From Eledone cirrhosa (taxonomy: Eukaryota), in the NCBI GenBank assembly GCA_964016885.1, contig OZ024743.1, positions 33,232,001 to 33,296,000 on the forward strand: a stretch of DNA of 64,000 nucleotides, read 5' to 3'. Made by a program: the position numbers and the translations under genes. Position 1 is the first letter of the stretch. Every line of letters starts with the position of its first letter. Below, in pieces: positions 27,538 to 40,149 of this stretch. The notes under the pieces are model-generated. The model searched no databases and had not been told where the DNA came from. It worked only from the letters and a program-made list of their open reading frames with translations.

Positions 27538-28314
27538 TCTGTTACTGTTTACATAAAGTAGATGTAATTTTTCAGTATTCATAAACAGTATTTCATGAGA
27601 TATAAATTATTAATTAAGTATATTATGAGAGGTCATCATTCGATAGAAATGTGAAATAATGAGGTGAGAAGTAAAGATAGTAAAGGTTATTAATGAGGAA
27701 CATATCGAAAAGGATCTTTGTTATTCATAAGGTGTATATTGAATTGTATTTTAATTAGACTTATCGCATTTGGATAAAATTGTATATAATACAGTAGAGA
27801 CTGATATCATAGATAGGTAATGATTTGATTATTATAAATAATGAAGATTTTTGTTGGAAAGTAGTTACTTCATTAACATATATTACATATTACAAATTAG
27901 CAGAAAAATTAACTAAAAACTTTAAACATATTTTCTCTAAGTTGAGAGATATCTGAACTAATGTATTAATATGATTAATTCTAAACAATTAATTTTAATG
28001 TCAATTTCACAAACAATATCATTATTACCATCATAATCCTTTCATATCAACAAACATATCTGCAATGTTTTTATTTTTTCATATATGAATTCCATGTGTG
28101 TAGTGTAGTATACACTATAAATTTTCATTATTCATTGGGGAACTAAAGTACCATAAAACATTTAGTAATAGTTCTCCAGCCTTTAGTTTGATATAGCTTG
28201 CAACTGAAAGGCTTCACCATGTTGCAATAGATTTCCCAACTGATACCTAGGATATAAATCATCATTCAAAATTGAAGCAACATAAATATTGGCATAAATT
28301 TATTAATCATTATT

Positions 28315-28804
28315 AAGTACCAGTAATGCACTGGGTAATTGCTGGCCTTGTGTCTAAAGTAGAAACAATTATTATTACAGGAAGAGGGTTGGACGCCATG
28401 CTTTGACGCATAGAGTTACGGCCCTTGCCAGTCTGACTTCAAATCCCGCCAAGGTTAACTTTGCCTTTCATCCTTACAGGGTCGATAAAATAAAGTACCA
28501 GTAATACACTGGGTAATTGCTGGCCTTGTGCCAAAAGTAGAAACAATTATTATTACAGGAAGATATCCATTGAAAAAAGCAATAATTTAGAGAAACTTCA
28601 AGCATAGCTTCATTAGGTGGATTGGCAGTATCGATAGAGGGTCAGGCGCCATGCTTTGCAGCAAAGAGTTATGGCCCTTTATGGTCTGAGTTCAAATCCT
28701 GCCGAGGTTAACTTTGCCTTTCATCCTTACGGGGTCAATAAAATAGAGTACCAGTAATACACTGGAATAATTGCTGGCTTTGTGCAAAAAGTAGAAACAA
28801 TTAT
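28315..28804 (+). mobile_element. Cluster of three Meta-type SINE copies (28315-28377 tail only, 28384-28553, 28616-28804)
   Basis: The second copy sits at the tail of the first with duplicated attattattacaggaaga. Confidence 0.85.
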
Positions 28805-28869
28805 TAAGGTTTCTGATTAGGGAAATATATGACAAGATAATATTCATTAACAAACAAAATATAAACAAT

Positions 28870-29230
28870 GGCATGACTGTATGTTTAAGGAGTACACTTT
28901 GCAGCCATGCGGTTTTATGACATCCCCACTACATAGCCCTTTGGGCAAGTGTTTTCAACAACAGCCCTTTAGCCTCAGGTTGACCAATGCCTTGTGAGGG
29001 AAGTTTGGAAGATGGAAGCCAATTATATATGTATGTGAGATTTTGTGTCTATGTTTACATTTGTGTCTGCATCTATATCACATGACATAGTGATTCAACA
29101 AAAAGTGATTAATAAAATTAGTACCAGACTTGAAAGAAATGAGTAGTGAGGTCGATATGATCGACTAGATCTCTTCAGGGCAGTGCCTAGGCATGGCTAC
29201 AGTTTAATGACTGAAACTATTAAAAGAGTA
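28870..29230 (+). mobile_element. Old tRNA-derived SINE with microsatellite-containing body
   Basis: ggcatgactgtatgtttaag...ctttgggcaagtgttt...ccttgtgagggaagtttggaagatggaa ... gcatggctacagtttaatgactgaaac tail (tail also at 34090-34210, 39570-39740, 63740-63900). Confidence 0.65.
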
Positions 29231-30250
29231 AGTACTGAGATCGTTTTTACAAAATTATGAAAATCACTCAGCAAAATTTGAATCTCTTTTCAGTAGAATA
29301 AGATAGCTTCAAATATAATAACAAATTAATGATATAAGAACTGTCAAATCAAGCTGACTGCCTTGAAAGTAATTGATTTCTTAATATCATTTTAAGCAAT
29401 TTAAAGAAAAGCATCTAGCTAACAGTCTTATTCATAATATCACAAAGTATTTGTATGAAACTTAAAGAAAAAACCTATTTCATTTTAAATCATAAATATT
29501 TTAAGGTTTAATTGATGATAACAGTGGAGTTATTAGATAAGTAACTAAAATGAATTTACATTATTTCTCTTCGATAAAACTTAACACTTTCAATACCATC
29601 CCACCTAAAAATAGCTGGGTTCTATGATAAAGAATACCTCATTTTAAAGTGTTCTTCTTTAAATTAATATCTTTCGTCACCACCTTTATGTAAGATATAT
29701 AAACACTTTTTTTAAATTAAAAGCATGAATCATAGAACTAGAATGGATCGAATTGGCAGAGTCATTAGAATGTCAGATAGAATGATTTTGGTTATTCATT
29801 CTGGCTCTGCATTCTGAGTTCAAATCTTGTTGAAGTCATCTTTGCTTTTTATCCTTTTCAGGTCAATAAACTGTATTAGTTCAGTAATAGGGTCAAATCT
29901 TCTTCTCTATATCTCTTTATCATTTCTTCCCTATCATTCTCTCTCCTTCTATAGAAGAAATTGGTTGTATTCAAACTTAGATATCTTACTACATTTCCCC
30001 TATAACCCCATCCGGAATTTTTGTTCCATACTTATGCCCATACATCGTAGAACCAGGGTTGGTTTCAGGTGGTTTAGTATCAAAAAGATTAATGTAGCCA
30101 CAACATTGCAATGGTCCTTAAAGTATTGTGTTTAGAATAGGAAAGATAACAATATGAGTAATTTCAATCTCCTCTAAATGTTGCTGTAAAACTCTCCATT
30201 GTGTGAGTTTACAGAAATTCAGTGAAAACTAATGAGACTTCATTATATGT

Positions 30251-30433
30251 TTGGCAGTATCGGATAAGGGTCGGACGCCATACTTTGCAGCAAAGAGTTA
30301 CGGCTCTTTGTGGTCTGAGTTCAAATCCCGCCGAGGTTAACTTTGCCTTTCATCCTTACGGAGTCGATAAAATAAAGTACCAGTACTACACTGAGATAAT
30401 TGCTGGCCTTGTGCCAAAAGTAGAAACAATTAT
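30251..30433 (+). mobile_element. Meta-type SINE
   Basis: Consensus match. Confidence 0.9.
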
Positions 30434-30490
30434 ATGTCTCACTGGACATTTATCTATTAAATATAGGTAAGAATAGATTTTATAATAATA

Positions 30491-30678
30491 ATTGTTTCTA
30501 CTTTTTGGCACAAAGCCAGCAATTACCCAGTACATTACTGGTACTTTATTTTATCGACCCTGTAAGGATGAAAGGCAAAGTTAACCTCAGCAGGATTTGA
30601 ACTCGGATCAGAAAGGGGCGTAATTCTGTGCTACAAAGCATGTTGTCCAACCCTCTACCGATACTGCCAAACCACCAC
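30491..30678 (-). mobile_element. Meta-type SINE inserted in the ATT-rich tail of a CR1 3' fragment (30695-30790)
   Basis: TSD agattttataataata (30475-30490, 30679-30694). Confidence 0.85.
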
Positions 30679-30875
30679 AGATTTTATAATAATAATGAAG
30701 ATTATTGTGAATGGTGCTCAGGTGTACTACAACTCATCAAAGGTGCATGTATAGTACATAGAATAATGTACAAATGTCAGGAAAGTAAACACTTAGATTT
30801 GTTCATATATTTTTTATGTTATTTGTGAAAGAATGAAAAAAATTTTAAGTGTATTAGGTAGAGTAGGCATAGAGT

Positions 30876-30917
<42 letters not shown>

Positions 30918-31204
30918 CATATGCATATAATCATCAAGACATGGATTGTACAATTTATCATGATCCAAGACCACACAGGTCAGTACAACCCATCTTGCTT
31001 ATACATTCCATAGTTTTCATGGTTTCTAATGCTAACCATCTTATAGGGTGAACTGGGTGCATTGTTTCTGGCACCAACACTAACATTTAACTGGGTATAC
31101 TAGAGGCATTTTATCATGACACCAGCATTAGAGAGGTTGTCACATGCTTTCACACAGTTTCTGTCTCCCAAATCTCATTCACAATGTATTGATCAACCTG
31201 AGAC

Positions 31205-31671
31205 TGAAGCGAAGCTGGTTAGTAGTTATCCTTAGAAGAAATAACACAAATAGCTGGTTTATTTTTTATATAAAAGATTTACTTCACTTCACTTCATAAA
31301 TGAACAAAGAATAAGTTACTAAGAGTTATACCGGTTGAAGATGTTTTTGAGGTTGCTTCATGATGCTGGTGTAGTCTGTGGCCAGAGAAGGAGAGAAGTC
31401 CGTAGACCAGGAGAGAAAGTAAAGGTTTGGAGAAGTCTGTAGACCCCAGGGGCCTGTAGTTAGAGGTGAATGTCTTGCATAGCTATTCTCTCGTGTACTG
31501 CTCCGATCTCCTGTTGCTTGGTCTGGTGCAGGATATTCATACCTGTCGTTTTCTGTTTCCCGCATCGAGGGATTGTCCACGCATGAACTTGTTTACGCCG
31601 AAAAGGAGGTGACCTGGAATTTGACTTTTCTGCGTCACCCAGGGTTCAAGGTGTGGACAGATTTCGCTACA
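31205..31671 (-). mobile_element. Solo LTR (Gypsy-like, 467 bp)
   Basis: Termini TG(a)AGCGAA...TTCGCTACA; 4-bp TSD AGAC (31201-31204, 31672-31675); AATAAA on the minus strand near 31258; CpG-rich; interrupts an old SINE. Confidence 0.85.
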
Positions 31672-32702
31672 AGACTATAACAGGAGATACCTAGCTGGAA
31701 ATAAATGTTTGTAAAAGAAACGCCTTAACCACACAGCCATGCCTGCATATAAGTGGAAGCAAATCAAGTTCCATCTTACACAATATAGTGTTTGTACATG
31801 TGATAGCCTGAACATTGAAGTGGAATTAAATCAACCTGGTGGTGGGATGGTGCTGGTGTTGGTGGTGGTATTAGTGGTAGTGGTGGGGTTACATGTAGCA
31901 GGCAAATCCATTGAGATGAAGATGCAATTAAAAAAAATCAAGATGGTGAAATACATGGAACATATCTGCATATCAAGTAGGTGTTAGCATACAAACTAAC
32001 AATACACATCATACTAAAAAGTGATAGCCAAAGAGGCAGCTACTATGCTGGCTCACAACCTGTAATAAATAGCAGACAAATTTCTCTCAAACCAAAAATA
32101 AGCACAAACATGAAACATGAAAAGAATACATTGTAAAAATTGGAGAATGTCTTTAAAAAATGATGGGATAGTCATGGTTAGAAAATCAAGCAAAACAGAC
32201 CAAGAAATAAACAAGTCAGATATTAACAATACAAGAATACATTTAGTGTCTTGTTTATGAAGTGCTAATGGTAAAATATACAAGAGAGAAAATGCATATA
32301 TATATACATGTGTGTTTGTGTGTGAATGTGCCCAACCTTTGCTAGCTGGGACCTGCTGATGATATGTGTGAGCCTCTTGATGATGACTGTTGAGGGAAGA
32401 AATTCCAAACATTCACAGAGGAAGAAAGCTGCAGAATAGGAAGACTGAGGAAAACCTGCACAGAAGTGATGACAGCTGAATTAATAATTACATAGAGGAG
32501 ATGATGGAGGAATGCAACAAGTGGAGGGAATCTGTACTGGAGAAAACGCATCAAACTTATGCAAGCATGAAAAAACAGATAAAAATGATGATTATAAATA
32601 TGCATGTGTGTGTATATGCTGATATGTTTTGATTGATACATACATATGTACACAAACATTCAGTCACCTAAAAATAGAGCACAGATATATATATATATAT
32701 AG

Positions 32703-32893
32703 ATATTTTATATAGAAAGGCTTCTACAGGACTAGAACTGTTTCGTTCCGGAGAAATCGTCAGGAAGCATCAGTGTTTCCTGATGATTTCTCCGAAATGA
32801 AACAGTTCTAGTCCTGTAGAAGCCTTTCTATATTAAATATTTATACTCTGCTTTGTATTGAGTACCTTACCCCCGATTGAACCCGGGATAAAC
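32703..32893 (+). mobile_element. Fold-back Penelope-terminus-like mini element with hammerhead-like core
   Basis: ~138-bp palindrome 32703-32840 containing CTGA(T/C)GA...GAAAC in each arm; 3' extension gtattgagtaccttac; flanked by (TA)n; homologous to 36770-36930 and 59831-59955. Confidence 0.7.
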
Positions 32894-33155
32894 TTATATA
32901 TATATAACTTTGAGAGGTTTTAGCCAGTATTCGCCAGGCCATGTTTAACTTAATAGCACCACCTGGTGAAGTCTTTCAGATCATGATTCACACCTCAGTC
33001 ATGTTTTAGATACCATGGCCTTCTCTAGTAAAGAGTTATATATGCACACAGAGTGAAGTGGAGGGTTGACCATGAGCACTAGTCAAAACCATCTGACCTC
33101 ATAGTCGATCCTCTACTTCACTAATATACCCACTCTGCATCATACCATATATCAA

Positions 33156-33202
<47 letters not shown>

Positions 33203-33674
33203 TATATACACACATATATATACATGCACATATATATATATACACATATGCCAGGGTGGAAGATGGATGTTAAGCGATGATGATGATATGTATATATATA
33301 TGTATGTATATATGTGTGTGAGTGTGTGTTAGACTGTATAGAAATAGGGAAACAAACTTGCACATAAACTGGTTGGTGTTACTGTTGACAATTATTTCCA
33401 TACAGGACACATACTGTTGTTCCTTTCCTTGTAATAATATACATTTGAGTGTTTTTCTTTAAAGAAGACTGCTGGCTTGTGTATGTAAGCATGTATGAAT
33501 GTCTATTTGTTTGAATTTATATATGCCCATGCATATAAATCAACGTGTGTACATATATATGTAAACAGATGTAAATATATTCTGAAAAAGTAGGAATGCC
33601 AGATGTAGATTTCTCAAGGAGAGAGAGACACTGTCAATAGATTTTTTTTTTTATTTTCATTATGTCTTTGTAAG

Positions 33675-33927
33675 ATCAAGTTTATTGGAGAATCTACATC
33701 GAAGAATATTTTAGCAAAACATGTCTCTTACTATGTTTTAAGACGTCAAGGGAACTTTAATATAGCTATATTTTCTAATTCATCTGCTCAAGGTATTTTC
33801 AATTTTCATTTTTCTTGTCAAGCATTTTTTTTTATTTTTGTGTTCTCTTTCAGAGCGTCACATGTTCTACATATGCTCACATAATATGGCTGATATATAT
33901 GTTGTGTTACATATATCCATATTCCGG
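33675..33927 (+). CDS. Candidate pair of exons (33675-33792, 33854-33927) separated by a 61-nt GT-AG intron
   Basis: Strong polypyrimidine acceptor tttttgtgttctctttcag; open frames join in phase 1 (IKFIGES...SSAQ|ERHMFYICSH...); first acceptor is a weak AAG; no recognisable protein. Confidence 0.25.
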
Positions 33928-34248
33928 GTGAACAAATTTAGATGTAAAAATATGGATTTCAGTAGTAATACAAATCTACCCTTATTTTATTGGGTCTAGC
34001 TGTCTGTCTATGTATATATTTCTTTTGCCAAGTGTATGTGCTTGAGTATGAATATTTATGTTTGTGTTTATGTCCTGTTTCTTTAGTGACTTAGGACTAT
34101 AATATATGTACCAATCTGAATTCAGAGATATGGTTTATATGATTGCCTAAATACTTGAAGCTGGTGTCCCAGCATGACTGTTGTCCAGAGAGTGAAGCTA
34201 GTAAAAACGTATCAAAATGTGTGTATCTATGTACATATACCACCTTAA

Positions 34249-34653
34249 CCCTTCAGTTTAAACTGGCTGCATCTCGCCAGAATTCTATCACCTCTTTCTG
34301 TTCAAACTGGCTGTAACTGGCTGCTCATACTAATGTTAAGTTAGTGTTCTTAAAATAAATAATTGTTTCTACTTTTGGCACAAGGCTGGCAATTACCCAG
34401 TACATTACTGGTACATTATTTTATCAACCCCGTAAGGATGAAAGGCAAAGTTAACCTCGACGGGATTTGAACTCAGACCATAAAGTGACATAACTATGCT
34501 AGAAAGCATGGCGTCCGACCCTCTACCGATATTGCCAATTCACCGCTCTTAAAATAAATAATATCAAAATCTCATAGATTCGATATTATGTGAGGTAAAG
34601 TGTTTACCATGAAAATACAATAGTAAATATAGAGTAATGCTAATGCTAAAGGG
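34249..34653 (-). mobile_element. piggyBac-like MITE family 1 with nested Meta-type SINE (34364-34546)
   Basis: MITE ends TTAA|CCC...ATGCTAAAGGG; SINE TSD TCTTAAAATAAATAAT. Confidence 0.9.
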
Positions 34654-34947
34654 TCAAAGGACTTAGTCAATTAACCTATGAGTCTTATACCTATGTTATC
34701 AGCTTCAATTTGTCAAACTGCTAAATTCCAAATGAATATAAAAATAAACGTATATATTTATACACAAGCACATTCATTAGAAAAAGAGATACATAAACTG
34801 TAGTCCAGTAAATGTAACCAGTAAAAACATATCAACATGTGTGTCTCCATGACCTATGCAGGGGTAAGCTTTGAAACCTTAGGTAGCTCTGTACATCATA
34901 TGGTGTGCTCTTTTTTCTTTATCTATTCTACAGAAATCCTTGACACT

Positions 34948-35125
<178 letters not shown>

Positions 35126-35847
35126 TGCATGTGTGTGTGTATAGTTAGGGACCTCATATATATTTTTTTGATGTGACTGCTAACCCCAAATAACATACAT
35201 AGATGAACCACCGTCTCCACTGATACATGCACACGGTGCTGAATTATACATAGATATATGTCTATATATATATATAGTGTGTGTGTGTGTGTATGGAGGC
35301 AAGTGGCCTAGTGGTAAGGGTGTTGGACTTATGATCACAACATCGTGGGTTTGATTCCTGGGTTGCATGTTGTGTTCTTGAGCAACATATAGAGAGAGGG
35401 GGAGAAAGTAAGAAAGAGACATATATAGGAAGTAGCCTATTTAATAATAGATTAGGTTTATCAGTTTTGTTTCTAATCCAAATTTTAGTAAATTCCACAT
35501 TTCTCCTTTATGAATGATGAATGCTGTACAACATTACACAGAAAAGTTTGTATAACACAGCTATACTTCAATATTACTTGACATTGTAATATTTTAATGT
35601 ATAAATATCATTATCATCTTTGTTTTTATGGCTCATTTTCCCATGCTAGTGTGTGTGCCTTGATGCCCTTCCTTTTTCCAACCTATTCTTATTTATAGTA
35701 TACATACTCATCTTAATTGAACTTGTACACTGCAGGACATATTTTAAACATGGAATATAAACAAATGTCAGCACTTGCTTTTATCATTGTCATTATGAAG
35801 ACATATACAGTAAACTAATACTATCATACACCTGCTTATATGTGTGA

Positions 35848-35902
<55 letters not shown>

Positions 35903-35927
35903 TAGTAACAACAGTTAGTTCATCATA

Positions 35928-35968
35928 CCGAGAACAATTGTTTCACCTTATGCAGATCTTCAGCTCGG
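35928..35968 (-). ncRNA. Minimal type-I hammerhead ribozyme-like motif
   Basis: CCGAG-CUGAAGA-ucugcauaaggu-GAA-ACAAUUGU-U-CUCGG: 5-bp helix I, intact core boxes, palindromic helix III, weak helix II. Confidence 0.7.
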
Positions 35969-36031
35969 ACAGGTCATGGTTAGATAGATAGATAGATATG
36001 CACACACACATATATATATATATGAGAGAGA

Positions 36032-36085
<54 letters not shown>

Positions 36086-36637
36086 GATGATGATGATGGA
36101 CTTCTTTATAGTATTTGTCTTCCAAATTTACTCATCATTTCTTACTAATTATCATCAAACATATTGATACAGGATTTTTCATGTGTTACTACATTATGCA
36201 TTCTTTGTCCATTAAATTATTTGCATGCACATGTATATGTTTACATGCACATGTATATGTACTCAGCAATGACTGATCTTACTGTGAGTTTCAATTATGA
36301 GCATTCAGTTCTTTGATCAGTTGAACTCCCTGCTTGTTTAATTGGCCAAGTTTTCCTCAAACACGTGTATCCTTAATGAAAATCTCAGGCCATTATATCA
36401 CTATGTGACATTTGTATTACAGACAATCCATCATACAGTCACCCATATACTTTTCATCTCAATGTTTGGGTCGCTCCATGGCTATGTGAGAAATCACTTT
36501 CCTAAGATGTCATGCAGTGTAATCAAAGTCTTATGTTTGTAAAATGAATTTCTTAACTATTGGACTGCACTTGCATCTTCTCACATCAATAGAATCACAT
36601 GCACACATACACAACAACACACGTGCGTGTATGTTTA

Positions 36638-36730
36638 TCTATATAAAAACGAAAATGCCTGTCTGCTTGTCTGTCTGTCTGTCTGTATGTAGGCGATGCA
36701 TTTCCCAGCAATGATGGGCTCTTTTGCTAG
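36638..36730 (+). mobile_element. Non-autonomous mini-Helitron (93 bp)
   Basis: A|TCTATATA 5' end, (CTGT)n, degenerate subterminal hairpin cccagcaatgatggg, CTAG|T 3' end, no TSD. Confidence 0.75.
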
Positions 36731-36732
36731 TG

Positions 36733-36767
<35 letters not shown>

Positions 36768-36769
36768 TC

Positions 36770-36930
36770 AGTACCGGATTCAATCGTGGGTAACCACTGT
36801 AAGTAAGGTACTCAATACATTAGAGTGTAAACAACAAATTTAATATAGAAATGGCTTCTACAGGACTAGAACTGTTTCATTTCTGATGATTTCTTAAAAT
36901 GAAACAGTTCTAGTCTTGTAGAAGCCATTT
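36770..36930 (-). mobile_element. Fold-back Penelope-terminus-like mini element (same family as 32703)
   Basis: 34-bp arms 36849-36882 / 36897-36930 with ctgatga in the loop; taaggtactcaatac extension; flanked by (TA)n. Confidence 0.7.
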
Positions 36931-36956
36931 GTGGTATATATATATATATATATATA

Positions 36957-37299
36957 TTCATTCATTCATTCATTTTATTTTACGTCCGCCTCTCCCTGCT
37001 TGCAAGGGTGGGACGGAAACTGATTCTGGCTAGATTTCTACAGCTGGATGCCCTTCCTAACACCAACCTCATTTACAGTGGGTGCTGGGTGCTTTTTTGC
37101 CGTGGCACCTCCACGACCACTTTGCAGTGGAATGATAGGGACCCCAGGCCTATCATCTCATTTCTACAGCTGAGTAAACTGGAGCAATGTGAAATAAAGT
37201 GTTTTGCTCAAGGAAACAACACATCACCCAGTCTGAGAATTGAACTCACAACCTTTCGATTGCAAGGCCAATGCTCTAACCACTAAGCCATGTGCCTCC
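36957..37299 (-). mobile_element. CORE-type tRNA SINE with RTE-derived tail
   Basis: GGAGGCACATGGCTTAGTGG head, CORE, atgatagg..cctatcat hairpin, RTE tail, (TGAA)n end. Confidence 0.9.
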
Positions 37300-37317
37300 A
37301 TATATGTATATGTATAC

Positions 37318-37615
37318 AGGAAAAGAGTCAGGATCCTGACGGCTGAGCTCCGGCCATTTTGACAGCTAGATCCAAACTTTCCTTTTTTCGTTTCCTGGGC
37401 CTCTACTGCCTCCTGGATCAACATTCACCACTTTGCTGATCCAGCCCTCACTGCACTTGACATGGCCATAGCAGATCATGCTACAGAGTACACCATAACA
37501 CCTGGACATTGCTGCTTGGCACCACTGGAGGGACTGATATGGTTGGAAAGTGCTGAAATCATAAAGATCTCCATTCAACGGCTGATGAAGAGAATCTTCT
37601 GCAGTGCAAGCTGTA
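37318..37615. mobile_element. Probable Penelope terminal fragment related to the 39796 palindrome
   Basis: aaaagagtcaggatcctgacggctgagctc.ggccattttgacagcta resembles the 39801-39850 arm; ctgatgaag near 37582. Confidence 0.45.
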
Positions 37616-37896
37616 TGTAGAATATGTGTGTGTGTATGTATGTGGGCGTGTGTGTATGTATGTATGTATGCGTGTGTATGTGCATGCCTCTTTCTCCCTC
37701 TCTCTCTCCAAAAGTGTTTCAGTGCACCTGAGCACTGTACACAATAATTTACATTATATTATGTATGTACGTATGTATGTACGTATGTATGTACGTATGT
37801 ACGTTTGTATGTATATACATATGTATGTATGTATGTACATATGTATGTGATTGTGTGTGTATGTTTGTGTGTATATATATGTGTGTGTGTGTGTGC

Positions 37897-37957
<61 letters not shown>

Positions 37958-38734
37958 AATGAAAAACAGAAAAAAGAAGCCCAGGAGAGAATAAAGATTA
38001 CACTCACTCACACGCAAACAAACACACACACATACATACACACAAACACACATGCCTGTATGCTTATATATAAAACCTGTTGCATACATACACTCAGGGG
38101 TTTATTTCAATATAGAAGCATAAATGTGTCAGTGTATATGTACACACATGTGCATACACAATGCTTTCATATAGTAGTAAGGACAAGTATATTGAGTCAT
38201 GGGCCAAAGATAGATATATTTACTTTGACTGATTTATGTGAAGAATCTTGCACCTGACATTTATTTCAAGAGGACAAAGTAAAAACAGGACAGGAAAAAC
38301 TGTATTATTTTCAACAGAATATGAATGGAAAGAGAGAATGCAGTCCAAATCAATCAAATTATAGAGCTAGTGGTTTTATCAAATAACAGTTCTCCATATA
38401 TAAATGTTTTGATTATGTTAGCTGTATGCTAGATGTGAGGTTGTAGTGGAAATAATTTACATGTATGTCTTCAATTTGCTTGGTTATATAACTACACATG
38501 TTAAGTCAGGTATGATTACTGTTATGGTATGGCTATAGGAATTATATAACACTTAAATCTATTACACCCAGTAATGGAAGTCATGTTTAAAAGTAACAGT
38601 AGGATGATTGTATCTTATATGAAAATTAAGATAGTTATTTAGATGTAGACAAATTAGTGTGGGTTTGAGTTTGAAACTGAGTTTTGTGATTTTGTAAGGA
38701 AGAGATGTTTTAACTCTTTCACTACATTATTTCT

Positions 38735-39057
38735 AATAATAATGAAATAATAATAATGAAAATATTGTGTACAGTGTTCAGATGCACTACAACTCATCAA
38801 AAGTGTATGTATAGTACATAGCATAATGTAGAAACGTCAGGAAAATGAATAGTGCATGAGTCATGATATACACATGTGTGCATGTGTATGGAAGGGGGAC
38901 ATCAGGTGTAGTTTTGGTAAATTTCGGGAAGCTTGAGGGTTTTAAAAGATGCAGTGTCTCGGCAGCTAACAACTGATGCAGGCAGTTTGTTCCATGCTTC
39001 AGCAACTCTAAGCGTGAAAAAATGTTTCCGAAAGTCATGGGGACTGTGCTGTTTTCT
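38735..39057 (-). mobile_element. CR1-clade LINE 3' end
   Basis: Homologous to 14838-15165; (ATT)n tail. Confidence 0.85.
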
Positions 39058-39160
39058 ATTGAAATACACTGCTTATGTTTCATTTAATTTGGAGGAGTTA
39101 AACAAAATAACCAAGGTGTTCATTAGAAAGCTGATATTGAGAACATTACCTAAAAATTAA

Positions 39161-39302
39161 CCCTTTAGCTATACATTACTCTATATATATATACCATTAT
39201 ATTTACTATTATATTTTCACTGCAAAAGCTGGTTACGGCTGGTTTGAACAGAAAAAGGTGAGAGAATTCTGGCAAGAAACAGCCAGTTTAAATGCTAAAG
39301 AG
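39161..39302 (+). mobile_element. Internally deleted piggyBac-like MITE 1 nested in older MITE 2 (about 39060-39408)
   Basis: TTAA|CCCTTTAG...ATGCTAAAGAG|TTAA; host ends ggtatcaaaagggtta. Confidence 0.75.
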
Positions 39303-39748
39303 TTAAAGTTATACAGTTTTAATATAAAGATAAACATTTTGAAATAAGCAGTTCTGTATCATAAATCCAGGGGTAGTTTCAAGTGGGTCGGTATCAAAAG
39401 GGTTATAATTGTTGAAAACAATATCCTTGTGTTGCACATTCTTTGTTTTATGGTGATATTATTTTTATTTGAGAGTTCAGTAATTGCTTCCGATAAAAAA
39501 TATTGATAACTTCTATATTTTTTGTGCTTGTTCATGTTTGAATATTTTAATGGGTTATTGTTTTATTATTTTACTGGCTTCAGTCATTAGCCTGTGGCTA
39601 TGCTAGGACACTGCCATAAAAGGATTTAATCGATCATATTAACCAGACTATTTATTTATTTTAAGCCTGGCACTTATTTTATTGATCTCTTTTTGTTGAA
39701 CAACTAAGTTACAGGGCATAAACAAAGACACAGATACAAACGAAAATA

Positions 39749-39794
<46 letters not shown>

Positions 39795-39795
39795 C

Positions 39796-39990
39796 ATAGA
39801 AAAAGGTTCAGGACCCCGACGGCAGAGCTCAAGCCGTTTCAACGGCTATTTCTGGACTCCAGAAATAGCCGTCGAAATGGCTTGAGCTCTGCTGTCGGGG
39901 TCCTGAACCTTTTCCTATTATCCACTCTACTCTACTACCCAAAGTATCGAGTACTCTGGTGCGTTATGGTCCACCTGGTTCCTTACCACA
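39796..39990 (+). mobile_element. Second family of fold-back (palindromic) Penelope-terminus-like element
   Basis: ~123-bp near-perfect palindrome 39796-39918 centred on tgga-c-tcca; 3' extension with gtatcgagtact; TA flanks. Confidence 0.65.
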
Positions 39991-40149
39991 CTTCCTTCAT
40001 TATATATACATAGATATATATTTACATGTATATACACACACATACATACCTATTTACACACATGCACACATGCACACATACACATGTGTGCAATGGACTT
40101 CTTTAGTTTCTGTTTACCAATTTTCAATCACAAGGCATTGGTCATAGTT

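Noticed and set aside
37008-37286. Recurrent ORF ending ...[33 protein letters not shown] (also 44364, 46602, 49929)
   Set aside because: Antisense translation of the CORE-SINE head; recurrence reflects SINE copy number
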